Of a stretch of 32,000 nt of DNA, positions 24,531 to 32,000 are shown piece by piece. A program made the translations under genes and the position numbers. The stretch is from Opitutaceae bacterium (lineage in GTDB: Bacteria > Verrucomicrobiota > Verrucomicrobiia > Opitutales > Opitutaceae). Position 1 is the stretch's first letter. Every line of letters starts with the position of its first letter. The notes beneath the pieces were generated by a model. It saw nothing but the letters and a program-made list of their open reading frames with translations. It was not told where the DNA came from and did no database searches. The stretch covers positions 376,809 through 408,808 of the forward strand of contig JAIXWF010000003.1 of the NCBI GenBank assembly GCA_027482185.1. The letters run 5' to 3'.

Positions 24531-24595
24531 GGAGAGCGTTCGAAAACAGAGAGCCCCCCACCCCTTGGCAAGGCTTTTGTCCAACTTTCCTGCCG

Positions 24596-26131
24596 TCAGG
24601 AATTCAGGAAAAGCCGGGCGCCCGGCCCGAGCGGCCAGCCGAACCACGTCCAGAGGATGAGCAAAAACGTCCAGCCGACCATGAAACACAGGGAATACGG
24701 CAGCATCAACGCGACCATCGTGCCGATGCCGGCCTTCGGCTCGTACCGCTGCGCAAACATCAGCACCAACGGAAAATTGGAGGCAAGCGGCGTGACGACG
24801 TTCATCACGCTGTCCCCCACCCGGTACGCCGCCTGCGTCAGCTCCGGCGAATAGCCGAGCAGCATGAACATCGGGACAAAGACCGGCGCCAGAATCGCCC
24901 ACTTGGCCGAGGCGGAACCGAGAAACAGATCCGTCGCGGCGGTCAGCATGACAAGGCCGATCAGCAGGGGCACGGGGCCGAGCGAGAGCGATTTGAGGAA
25001 AGCGGCGCCGTTGACCGCGAGGATCACGCCGACGTTGGACCAGGCGAAGAAATTGACGAACTGCGCGATGAAGAAAACGACCACGAGGTAAGGCGCGGCC
25101 AGTTCCATCGTTTTCTGCATGCCCTTGTAGACATCGGTGTCGCGCCGGACCGTGCCCGCCGCGATGCCGTAGGCCAACGACGTCGTGAGCCCGAAGAGGA
25201 AAATGAAAAACACGAGGCCCTTGAGGAGATAGGAATCGATGAACCCGGGCTTCGCGGGATCCTGCAGCAGCCCGCCGGCCGGCAGCAGGCCGGCGAGCAC
25301 GACCGCCGTCAGGACCAAGAAGGCCGCCAACGCCCAGACCAGGCCGCGGCGTTCCGCGGGCCCGAGCGGCTGCAGCGCCTCGGGCTGCATCGCGCCGACG
25401 TAGGGGCCGAAACGCGGCTCGACCAGTTTCTCGGTCACGAAGGCGCCGAGCGCGGTGATCAGGAAAACGGATACGGCCAGGAAATAGTAGTTGGCCATGG
25501 CGTTGACCCCGTACTTCGGGTCGATGATCCGCGCCGCCTCCTGCGTGAAGCCGGCGAGGACGACGTCGCTCGTCGACAGCAGCAAATTCGCCGCGAAGCC
25601 GCCCGAAACGCCGGAGAACGCCGCGGCCAGACCCGCGAGCGGATGCCGCCCGACGGCGTGGAAGAGCGCCATGCTCAGCGGCAACAGCAGCACGTAGCCG
25701 ATATCGCCGGCCGTGTGGGAAATCGCGCCGCACCACACGACGACCCAGGTGAGCAACCGCGCCGGCGTGGCGTGCACGACGAGCCGCAGGCAGGCGCCGA
25801 GCAGGCCGCTGTGTTCCGCGAGCGAAAGCCCGAGCAGGCAGACGAGCACGGGCCCGAGGGGCGCGAAGTTCACGAAGTTCGGCAGCAGGCCGAGGATGAT
25901 TTTCCGCAGGCCCTCGACCGAGAGCAGATTGAACGCCTGCACCGTCGCCCCGGTGACCGGGTGCTTCACGCTGACGCCGGCAGTGTGGAGCAGCCACGAC
26001 GCGATCAGCATCACGCCGCAGAGAATGAGAAACAGCGACGCGGGATGCGGGAGCAGATTGCCCATCCGCTCGAGGCGGTTGAGCCAACGTTGCACGAGCG
26101 CGGTTTCGGACGGGACGGCGGCGGGCTTCAT
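24596..26131 (-). CDS. AbgT family transporter (p-aminobenzoyl-glutamate transporter family)
   Basis: ORF 24596..26131 (511 aa). N-terminus RWLNRLERMGNLLPHPASLFLILCGVMLIASWLL ... NFVNFAPLGPVLVCLLGLSLAEHSGLL is typical of AbgT/MtrF. The ATG overlaps the TGA of the upstream gene (ATGA at 26128-26131). Confidence 0.9.
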   Translation of the reverse strand: MKPAAVPSETALVQRWLNRLERMGNLLPHPASLFLILCGVMLIASWLLHTAGVSVKHPVTGATVQAFNLLSVEGLRKIILGLLPNFVNFAPLGPVLVCLLGLSLAEHSGLLGACLRLVVHATPARLLTWVVVWCGAISHTAGDIGYVLLLPLSMALFHAVGRHPLAGLAAAFSGVSGGFAANLLLSTSDVVLAGFTQEAARIIDPKYGVNAMANYYFLAVSVFLITALGAFVTEKLVEPRFGPYVGAMQPEALQPLGPAERRGLVWALAAFLVLTAVVLAGLLPAGGLLQDPAKPGFIDSYLLKGLVFFIFLFGLTTSLAYGIAAGTVRRDTDVYKGMQKTMELAAPYLVVVFFIAQFVNFFAWSNVGVILAVNGAAFLKSLSLGPVPLLIGLVMLTAATDLFLGSASAKWAILAPVFVPMFMLLGYSPELTQAAYRVGDSVMNVVTPLASNFPLVLMFAQRYEPKAGIGTMVALMLPYSLCFMVGWTFLLILWTWFGWPLGPGARLFLNS

Positions 26132-27006
26132 GCGCGGCGGCTCGTTTCGGCCAGGACCGGAGGACGCGCGACGAACGTTTCGGCCAAGGCGGTCAACGCG
26201 TCGCGCACGCGGCCGAACCCGGCCGAGCGCTCGCAGGTCGCCTCGTCCATGTAGAGACCGCGGTTGATCTCGATCTGGATGCTGTGGCGGCCGCGGGCGG
26301 GCGCGCCCTCGGCGCGGACGATGTCGGCGCCGCGGTACGGATCGTTGATGCGGACGACGAAGCCGCGGGCTTCGAAAAACGCCGCGACCCGCGCCGTGAG
26401 CGCGGCGGGCGCGCTGGTGCCGAGGCGATCGCCGATCACGAAATCGGGCCGCGCGGCGCCGGCGTCGCGGTTCATCGCGTTGCCGCGCGACTTCATGGAA
26501 TGCAGGTCGAAATGCCAGACCTCGCCGAAGCGGGCGTGGGCGGTGTCGATCAGGTGCCGGAGCGTGCGGCGGTACGGGAAATAGAGCCGGTCGAGCCGCT
26601 GCCGCACTTCCGCCACCGGCAATTTCTCCCGGTACATCGGCACGCCGGGCAAAGCGAAGCGCCGGATCAGGCCCATGCCGCGGCTGCTATGTTCGCTGAG
26701 CACGACGTCGCCGGGCCAAGGTTCCGCGAGTACCTCGGGATCGATGTCGTCGGCGGCGCGGTTGGCGTCGATGCAGGCCCGGGGAAACCGCGCCGCGAGC
26801 AAGGCGGCCCCCGCAGGCACGACGCCCGCCGCCAACTCGTCGACGTAGGCGTCCCACGTCGTGCGGATCGCCGCCGGCGACGCCGCCGGAGCGAAACCGG
26901 GCGGATACTCGAGCCCGCTGTGCGGGGAATCGAAGACCACCGGCGCCGGCCAAGGATCGGGCAGGCGCAACACGAGGGCGTCGCCCGGGGGCGGCAGCGG
27001 GGTCAT
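26128..27006 (-). CDS. N-formylglutamate amidohydrolase family protein (FGase / HutG-like)
   Basis: ORF 26128..27006 (292 aa). VVFDSPHSGLEYPPGF (the SPH-G motif near the N-terminus), CIDANRAADDID and WHFDLHSM fit the FGase family. Confidence 0.8.
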   Translation of the reverse strand: MTPLPPPGDALVLRLPDPWPAPVVFDSPHSGLEYPPGFAPAASPAAIRTTWDAYVDELAAGVVPAGAALLAARFPRACIDANRAADDIDPEVLAEPWPGDVVLSEHSSRGMGLIRRFALPGVPMYREKLPVAEVRQRLDRLYFPYRRTLRHLIDTAHARFGEVWHFDLHSMKSRGNAMNRDAGAARPDFVIGDRLGTSAPAALTARVAAFFEARGFVVRINDPYRGADIVRAEGAPARGRHSIQIEINRGLYMDEATCERSAGFGRVRDALTALAETFVARPPVLAETSRRA

Positions 27007-27037
27007 TGGGGCGGTGGGCCGGCGCGAGGCCGGCGGA

Positions 27038-28471
27038 TCAATCGCGGTAGTTGAGCGCCGGCGGCCGGTCGCCGAGCAGCGCCGTGTATTTGAAGTCGGC
27101 GCCGCGGCGCTTGAGGAACTCGGCCTTGGCGTCGGCGATGACGGCGGGCTTCGAGAAGAGGTCGATAATCGTGCCGGCCATGGTCTTGGCGGCGACGTTC
27201 ATACCCTTCAGGCCCATCGAGGTGCCGCCGCAGGCGACGGCCTGCCAACTGTGGGCGGGTGTGCCGGGGGCCCAGGTGGCGGCGCGCATCCCGACGGTCG
27301 GGACCGTCCAGCTCACGTCGCCGACATCGGTGGAACCGCCGCCGCCTTCGCGCGGCGGATTCGCCACGAAGGGCGGGATGATCGCGGCGGTCTCGGGGGC
27401 GGGCGCCTTGCCGAACACGCTCTGGCCGATCTTCACGGCGAAGGCGCGCTCTTCGGCGTCGTACACGACGCCGCCGACGGCCGAGAGGTTGGCGTGCATG
27501 GCGCGGCCGAGGACTTCGTTGGGCAGCAGTTCGTGGACGCCGCCGGTGACTTCCCATTCGACCTTGGTGCCGGTGCCGAGGGCGGCACCCTGGGCGGCTT
27601 TCTCGACGCGCTCCCAGACCTCGCGCACGATGTCGCGGCTCGGGCTGCGCACGTAGTAATAGGACTCGGCGAAGGCCGGGACGACGTTGGGCGCCTCGCC
27701 GCCGCGCGTAATGACATAGTGGATGCGCGTGGAGTCCGGCACGTGCTCGCGCATGAGATTCACCATCATGTTCATGGCCTCGACGGCATCGAGGGCGGAG
27801 CGGCCGCGCTCCGGTGCGCCGGCGGCGTGGGAGGCGGCGCCGGTAAACCGGAACTTGCCCGACTTGTTCGCGAGCGAGCTCGACATCGAGATGCCGTTGC
27901 GGTCGCCTGGGTGCCAGTGGACGGCGACGTCGACGTCGTTGAAGAGGCCGGCGCGGACCATGTACACCTTGCCCGAGCCGCCTTCCTCGGCGGGCGTGCC
28001 GTAGTAGCGGATCGTGCCCTTGGTGCCGGTGGCCTTGAGCCAATTCTTCACGGCAACCGCGGCCTGCGCCGAACCGGCGCCGAAGAGATGATGGCCGCAG
28101 GCGTGGCCGGCGTTGACCTCGGGCCGCGGCTTTTTTTCCGGGACGGCGGCCTGGGAAACGCCGGGCAGCGCGTCGTATTCGCCGAGGATGGCGATCACGG
28201 GCGAGCCGCTGCCGTAGGTGGCGACGAACGCCGTCGGAATCGCGGCGACACCGGCCTGGACCGTGAAGCCCTCGCTCTTGAGCTGCTCCTGCAGCAAGGC
28301 CGTGCTCTTGACTTCCTGGTAGCCGATTTCGGCGAGTTCCCAGATCTTCAAGGCGATGCGGTCATAGGCGGCTTTGCCGGCGTCGATCTGCTGGAAGACC
28401 TCAGGTTTGGTGGTTTGGGCGCAGGCCGTGCCGGCAAGGGCGGCGAAGAGGGCAAATTGGCGAAACGTCAT
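27038..28471 (-). CDS. secreted M20-family amidohydrolase (AbgB-like, M20D)
   Basis: ORF 27038..28993, trimmed to in-frame ATG 28471. MTFRQFALFAALAGTACAQT is a signal peptide. IWELAEIGYQEVKSTALLQEQLKSEGFTV ... ILGEYDALPG ... HACGHHLFGAGS ... YYGTPAEEGGSGKVYM match aminobenzoyl-glutamate utilisation protein B-type M20 enzymes. Confidence 0.85.
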   Translation of the reverse strand: MTFRQFALFAALAGTACAQTTKPEVFQQIDAGKAAYDRIALKIWELAEIGYQEVKSTALLQEQLKSEGFTVQAGVAAIPTAFVATYGSGSPVIAILGEYDALPGVSQAAVPEKKPRPEVNAGHACGHHLFGAGSAQAAVAVKNWLKATGTKGTIRYYGTPAEEGGSGKVYMVRAGLFNDVDVAVHWHPGDRNGISMSSSLANKSGKFRFTGAASHAAGAPERGRSALDAVEAMNMMVNLMREHVPDSTRIHYVITRGGEAPNVVPAFAESYYYVRSPSRDIVREVWERVEKAAQGAALGTGTKVEWEVTGGVHELLPNEVLGRAMHANLSAVGGVVYDAEERAFAVKIGQSVFGKAPAPETAAIIPPFVANPPREGGGGSTDVGDVSWTVPTVGMRAATWAPGTPAHSWQAVACGGTSMGLKGMNVAAKTMAGTIIDLFSKPAVIADAKAEFLKRRGADFKYTALLGDRPPALNYRD

Positions 28472-28537
28472 GGTTGAAAAAGGAGTCGTTGAAGCGGCGG
28501 GAGCGAACGGCGTCGGGGTTACCGGGAAGGGCGCGGC

Positions 28538-28569
28538 TCGACCGCACCCGAACCGACGGGCGCGGTCGA
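28538..28569 (-). terminator. 13-bp GC-rich hairpin after the TonB-receptor stop (no clear U-tract)
   Basis: 28538-28550 pairs with 28569-28557 around a 6-nt loop. The single imperfection (A28546 opposite C28561) is a U:G wobble on the minus-strand RNA and an A:C mismatch on the plus strand. This is consistent with function in the minus-strand transcript. Confidence 0.4.
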
Positions 28570-28596
28570 CCCCCGACGTTGAACGGGTCGTGCCGA

Positions 28597-31500
28597 TCAG
28601 AGCTGTTTCGTGAGTTCGAGCGTCCAAGCGCGGCCTTGGAAGAGGCTGCCGTGGACGCCGGCGGAAAAGCCGATCTGGTCCGAGGTGTGCGGCGGCTCGC
28701 GGTCGGTGAGGTTGATGACGCCGAGGCGGATCGAGCTGTTGCGCAGCACGCGCGGGGCTTCCTGTTTGAAGCGGTAGCCGACGGAGGCGTTGAAGGAGAC
28801 GACGTCGCGGACGACGTAGCGGTAGAGGTAGGAACCGCTGTCGAACTGTTTGGAGATGTAACCCGGCGAGCCGAGGGCGGTGTAGGCGGCGGCAGTGACC
28901 GTGGCGGTGTCGGCGAAGCGGCCGGTGTAGTAGCCGCCGAGATTGGCACTCCAGTTGCCCTTGCGCCAGCTGACCGAGGTGGTGCCGCGCCAACGCGTGG
29001 TGCCGTCCACATTAAGGCGCTCGATGAAGGCCGGGGCGGCGCCGGGAACATCGCGGAGCTGGTAGGTGCGGATCATGTAGGACCAGTCGGCGTTGAAGGT
29101 GAAGCGGCCGATGGGGAGATTCGGCACGATGTAGTTGAGGCTGAGGTCGATGCCGCTGGCGTAGCCCTTGGCGAGATTCTGGAACTGGATGTTGCGGGAA
29201 TCGATGCGGCCCACGGGGGCGGCTTGCTGGGCGGGGGGACGGGTGGCGTTGAAGGCGGCGAATTCGGCGATTTCCGCGGCGGTCGGGGCCAGGCGCTTGA
29301 TGCCCGGATCGCCCTTGTAGTTGGCGGTGCCGGAGCCGAGGTCGACTTGCGCGATGGTGCGGCCGGCGGCGAGCTGGGACTGGGTGTAGGCGTTGAGTTT
29401 GGCGACGTCGCTGTTGACGAGCTGGGCGTCCGAGTAGCTGCCGATGACGTTGGCCTGGTCGACCTGCCAGTAGTCGGCGGTGACGGAGAGCCCCTTGATC
29501 TTGGGGACTTCGAGCGCGACGCCGACGCTCTTGCCGGTGGAGGTGACGGGCTTGAGCGCGAGGTTGCCGGTGGAGTAGCGCTTCATGACGTAGGTGCCGT
29601 TGCCGACGGTCTGGGTGCGGTAGGCGTCGTTGGAGCCGGGAGCGCTGTCCACGATGAAACGGGTCGGGGCGTAAAGCGTGGGCAAGTTGGGCGCGGAGAA
29701 GCCCTGGTTGTAGGAACCGCGGATCATGAGACCTTCGGTGGGCTTCCAATTCACGCCGGCCTTGGGCCGGGTCGTGGTGCCGAAGTCGCTGTAGTTTTCG
29801 TAGCGGGCGGAGCCGGAGAGTTCGAGGGAGTGGACGAACGGGATCTTCCGCCGGGGTTCGACGACCGGAATGATCGTCTCAAGGTAGGCGCTGTAGACGA
29901 CACGGTTGCCGGTGGAATCGGGCGCATAGGAAGCGACGAGGTAGTCGTTGTCGTCGACGTTGAGGCCGACGCCGGGGGGATTGCTGCCGACGTAGGCGGG
30001 CCGGGTGTCGAGGTATTGCTCGCGGCGATACTCGACGCCGCCGGCGAGGGAGACGGTGTTGTCCCAGTAACGGAAGAGCGGGCCGGCGAAGCGGGCGTCG
30101 GCGCTGGTGATCGCGCTGAAGCCGTCGTGGCGCCATTTCTGCGAGAACGTGTCGAGGACCGATTTCGGATTGGTGTAGGGGCGGTCGGGGACGACGGCGC
30201 CGCCCGCGACGCGGAAGGTGTAGCCGAAGGGGTTGAACGCACTGGCGTCCGTGCGCATCAGGGCGCGCTGGAAAAGGGATTCGCGGGCGGCGTTGTTGGA
30301 GACATCGGCCGTGTAGGCGCGGGTGTAGAGGGCGGCGGACTCCCAGGTCCAATCGCCGAACAGCTTGCCGCGCAGGCCGGCGACGCCGCGGTAGACGCCG
30401 GAGTTGACCTCGACGGACTCGGAGCCGACCTCGGCGAGGAGCAGGGAAAGGAGGACGATGCCCTGCGGCGTGCCGGTGAGGCGCGCGGTGCCGTCGGCAT
30501 TGGGGGCGCCGGTCGGGTGATAGAAACGGGAGCCGTAGGGGTTGAAGGGATTGTCGACGCTGACGGGCGCGACCTGGTCGGCGCTGGGTCCGTTGATCTG
30601 CACGGGCTGGCGCTGCAGGAGAGACTTCGAGTGATAGACCGAGAAATCGCCGAACGCGGTGACGCGGTCGGAGAGGTCGTATTCGAGGTGCGTGAAGAAG
30701 TTCTTCCGGTCCGACTTACTCTGGCCGGTGTTCTGGTACTGGTTGAGATTGGTGAAGGACTCGGGATTGGCCGCGCGATTGGCGGTGGGATTGACGGTGG
30801 TGAACGCCAGCGTGCCGTTGACCGGGCGGAAGTAGTTGGTGGCCGCGGCGGCGCCGATGCGGAACGAGGGATAGATGCTGACGGCGGAGCGGTCGTCGAA
30901 CTGGCCGCCGAGGGCGTTGAAGCCGGCGGGAGCCCGGGCGGTGCGGTCGCCGTTGGCGGAGAACGAACGGCTGCGATAGGGAATTTCGCCGCGTTCGAGG
31001 AGGTCGAAGGTGGCAAGCAACCGGCCCTTGCCGCCGGCAAATTCGCGGCCGGTCGTGAGCGTGACCTGATAGTTGCGGCCTTCGCCGTGCTCGGGGACGC
31101 CGAAACGCGTGCGCACCTCGGTGCCGCGAAGGTCGCGGCGCGTGACGTAGTTGATCACGCCGGCGACGGCATCGGAGCCGTAGATGGCGGAGGCGCCGTC
31201 GCGGAGGACGTCGATGCGCTCGATGCCCTGGGTGGGGAGCTGGTTGACGTTGGTGTAGAACGCGGGGACGCCGCCGTCGTTGGAGGTGACGGGGTGCGGG
31301 GCGAGGCGGCGGCCGTTCAGGAGGACGAGGGTGTTGCCGGCGCCGATGCCGCGCAGGTTGACGTTGGCGTTGTCGCCGCGGGAGTTGGCGCCGCCGTTCT
31401 GGGATTCGTTGAGCGGGAGGTTGGTCACCTGCGGCAGGGCGGTGAGCATCTCGACAGGCGTGAGGGCGTTGCGGGCCTCGATTTGGTCGAGATTGAAGAC

Positions 31501-31707
31501 GGTGACAGGCAGGACCTTTTCCTGATCGAGGCGCTTGATGTTGGTGCCGGTGACGCTGAAAGCCTCGAGCTTCACGACGTCGTCGGTCTTGACGGCGGGA
31601 CCGGAGGGGGCGGGCGCGGCCTGGGCGAGGAGGGAGCCCGGCGTCAGCAGGGCGGCCAAGGCCGAAGCCGCGGCGATCCGGCGGAGGGAGAGGACACGGT
31701 TGTTCAT
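28597..31707 (-). CDS. TonB-dependent outer-membrane receptor
   Basis: ORF 28597..31827, trimmed to in-frame ATG 31707. Signal peptide MNNRVLSLRRIAAASALAALLTPGSLLAQA. Plug: VKLEAFSVTGTNIKRLDQEKVLPVTVFNLDQIEARNALTPVEMLTALPQV ... NLRGIGAGNTLVLLNGRRL ... IERIDVLRDGASAIYGSDAVAGVINYVTRRD. Barrel ending ...GRAWTLELTKQL. The 1120-aa plus ORF 28474..31836 is a shadow. Confidence 0.88.
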   Translation of the reverse strand: MNNRVLSLRRIAAASALAALLTPGSLLAQAAPAPSGPAVKTDDVVKLEAFSVTGTNIKRLDQEKVLPVTVFNLDQIEARNALTPVEMLTALPQVTNLPLNESQNGGANSRGDNANVNLRGIGAGNTLVLLNGRRLAPHPVTSNDGGVPAFYTNVNQLPTQGIERIDVLRDGASAIYGSDAVAGVINYVTRRDLRGTEVRTRFGVPEHGEGRNYQVTLTTGREFAGGKGRLLATFDLLERGEIPYRSRSFSANGDRTARAPAGFNALGGQFDDRSAVSIYPSFRIGAAAATNYFRPVNGTLAFTTVNPTANRAANPESFTNLNQYQNTGQSKSDRKNFFTHLEYDLSDRVTAFGDFSVYHSKSLLQRQPVQINGPSADQVAPVSVDNPFNPYGSRFYHPTGAPNADGTARLTGTPQGIVLLSLLLAEVGSESVEVNSGVYRGVAGLRGKLFGDWTWESAALYTRAYTADVSNNAARESLFQRALMRTDASAFNPFGYTFRVAGGAVVPDRPYTNPKSVLDTFSQKWRHDGFSAITSADARFAGPLFRYWDNTVSLAGGVEYRREQYLDTRPAYVGSNPPGVGLNVDDNDYLVASYAPDSTGNRVVYSAYLETIIPVVEPRRKIPFVHSLELSGSARYENYSDFGTTTRPKAGVNWKPTEGLMIRGSYNQGFSAPNLPTLYAPTRFIVDSAPGSNDAYRTQTVGNGTYVMKRYSTGNLALKPVTSTGKSVGVALEVPKIKGLSVTADYWQVDQANVIGSYSDAQLVNSDVAKLNAYTQSQLAAGRTIAQVDLGSGTANYKGDPGIKRLAPTAAEIAEFAAFNATRPPAQQAAPVGRIDSRNIQFQNLAKGYASGIDLSLNYIVPNLPIGRFTFNADWSYMIRTYQLRDVPGAAPAFIERLNVDGTTRWRGTTSVSWRKGNWSANLGGYYTGRFADTATVTAAAYTALGSPGYISKQFDSGSYLYRYVVRDVVSFNASVGYRFKQEAPRVLRNSSIRLGVINLTDREPPHTSDQIGFSAGVHGSLFQGRAWTLELTKQL

Positions 31708-31846
31708 GACGGTTGGGTGGGGTTGGTTCGCTGGGACCGGACCGCGGACGCAGGTCGGAGGCCCGGATTCGGCGGACTGCGCCGGCGGCCTTATGACAGC
31801 AAAGGGCGGCGGCCCCGGAGGTTTCAAAAAGAATGATTTAAACTTC

Positions 31847-31863
31847 CGTTGATTCCATCAACG
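31847..31863. promoter_or_regulatory. perfect 7-3-7 palindrome CGTTGAT-tcc-ATCAACG next to an AT-rich island, in a divergent promoter region
   Basis: Read directly from the sequence. It is preceded by TTTCAAAAAGAATGATTTAAACTT (31822-31845), which is strikingly AT-rich for this genome. It lies 30 nt upstream of the plus-strand ORF start and about 140 nt upstream of the TonB-receptor ATG. An operator role is inferred only. Confidence 0.3.
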
Positions 31864-31892
31864 TACCTTGAGCAACACCGCCCCCACCTGTC

Positions 31893-32000
31893 TTGAGCCG
31901 CAGAACCCTCCTTACCTTCGTCGGCCAGCGCGACCCGTTCACCGCCGACCCGCAGGACGACGGCCGGTTGAAGGGACCGCTCCTGACCGTCCTCGACGGC
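31893..32000 (+). CDS. 5' end of an unidentified protein-coding gene (continues off-window)
   Basis: The frame opens after TGA 31869-31871. The only start candidate is TTG 31893. The 36 codons read (M)SRRTLLTFVGQRDPFTADPQDDGRLKGPLLTVLDG with strong GC3 bias. The other two plus frames are stopped or Arg-rich junk. The product is not recognisable from 36 residues. Confidence 0.35.
   Translation, partial: MSRRTLLTFVGQRDPFTADPQDDGRLKGPLLTVLDG

Noticed and set aside
24531-24595. Possible L20-binding leader or terminator in the abgT-rpmI spacer
   Set aside because: I found only a 4-bp CCUU/AAGG helix and a direct (not inverted) GCUCUC repeat. Nothing resembles a pseudoknot or a stable hairpin.
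24531-26087. 583-aa minus ORF that ends with the L35 sequence
   Set aside because: Only the last 64 codons are rpmI. The remainder is an Arg-rich alternative frame of the AbgT transporter gene.
28474-31836. 1120-aa plus-strand ORF
   Set aside because: It is a shadow of the minus-strand TonB-dependent receptor. There are no motifs, and the composition is the repetitive G/A/D/V type typical of the antisense frame.
31826-31846. Fur-box-like sequence (AAGAATGATTTAAAC) upstream of the TonB receptor
   Set aside because: Only one AATGAT hexamer resembles the Fur consensus, and there is no 19-bp dyad. The neighbouring genes (M20, FGase, AbgT) do not suggest iron uptake.

Overview
This is a very GC-rich bacterial chromosomal window with strong GC3 bias, so nearly every real gene has a long Arg/Pro/Gly-rich shadow ORF on the opposite strand. 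I support 24 protein-coding genes and saw no rRNA, tRNA, CRISPR array, transposase or integrase. All intergenic gaps are 272 nt or shorter.

Gene content, left to right:
- a PSCyt1/DUF1549/DUF1553 protein (minus strand, missing from the ORF track because its stop lies off-window)
- a secreted MBL-fold hydrolase
- a TonB-dependent receptor
- a GMC oxidoreductase with its Tat-signal small subunit
- a ribose-type sugar ABC transporter (binding protein, ATPase, permease; minus strand)
- a YdcF/ElyC (DUF218) protein
- a DUF47 and PitA phosphate transporter pair
- one long minus-strand translation cluster: rpmI-rplT-(terminator)-pheS-pheT-gatC-gatA-[GxxExxY gene]-gatB
- a minus-strand cluster of TonB receptor, secreted M20 amidohydrolase, N-formylglutamate amidohydrolase and AbgT transporter
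- the first 36 codons of an unidentified plus-strand gene

The gene set and composition suggest a PVC-group organism, possibly Verrucomicrobiota/Opitutaceae-like. That is inference only.

The gene inventory is ordinary. The non-coding architecture is not:
- Four intergenic sites carry tandem arrays with an exact 7-nt period. Each site uses a different heptamer. At three sites the array faces an array of the complementary heptamer, so each site folds into its own long hairpin (27 to 31 bp).
- A small GxxExxY / PD-(D/E)XK-type gene sits between gatA and gatB inside a similar structure: about 37-nt inverted arrays of CACRGAGG units.
- The distal arm of that structure contains every possible gatB start codon.

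I could not run any database search or RNA folding. All protein calls rest on motifs I recognise by eye.
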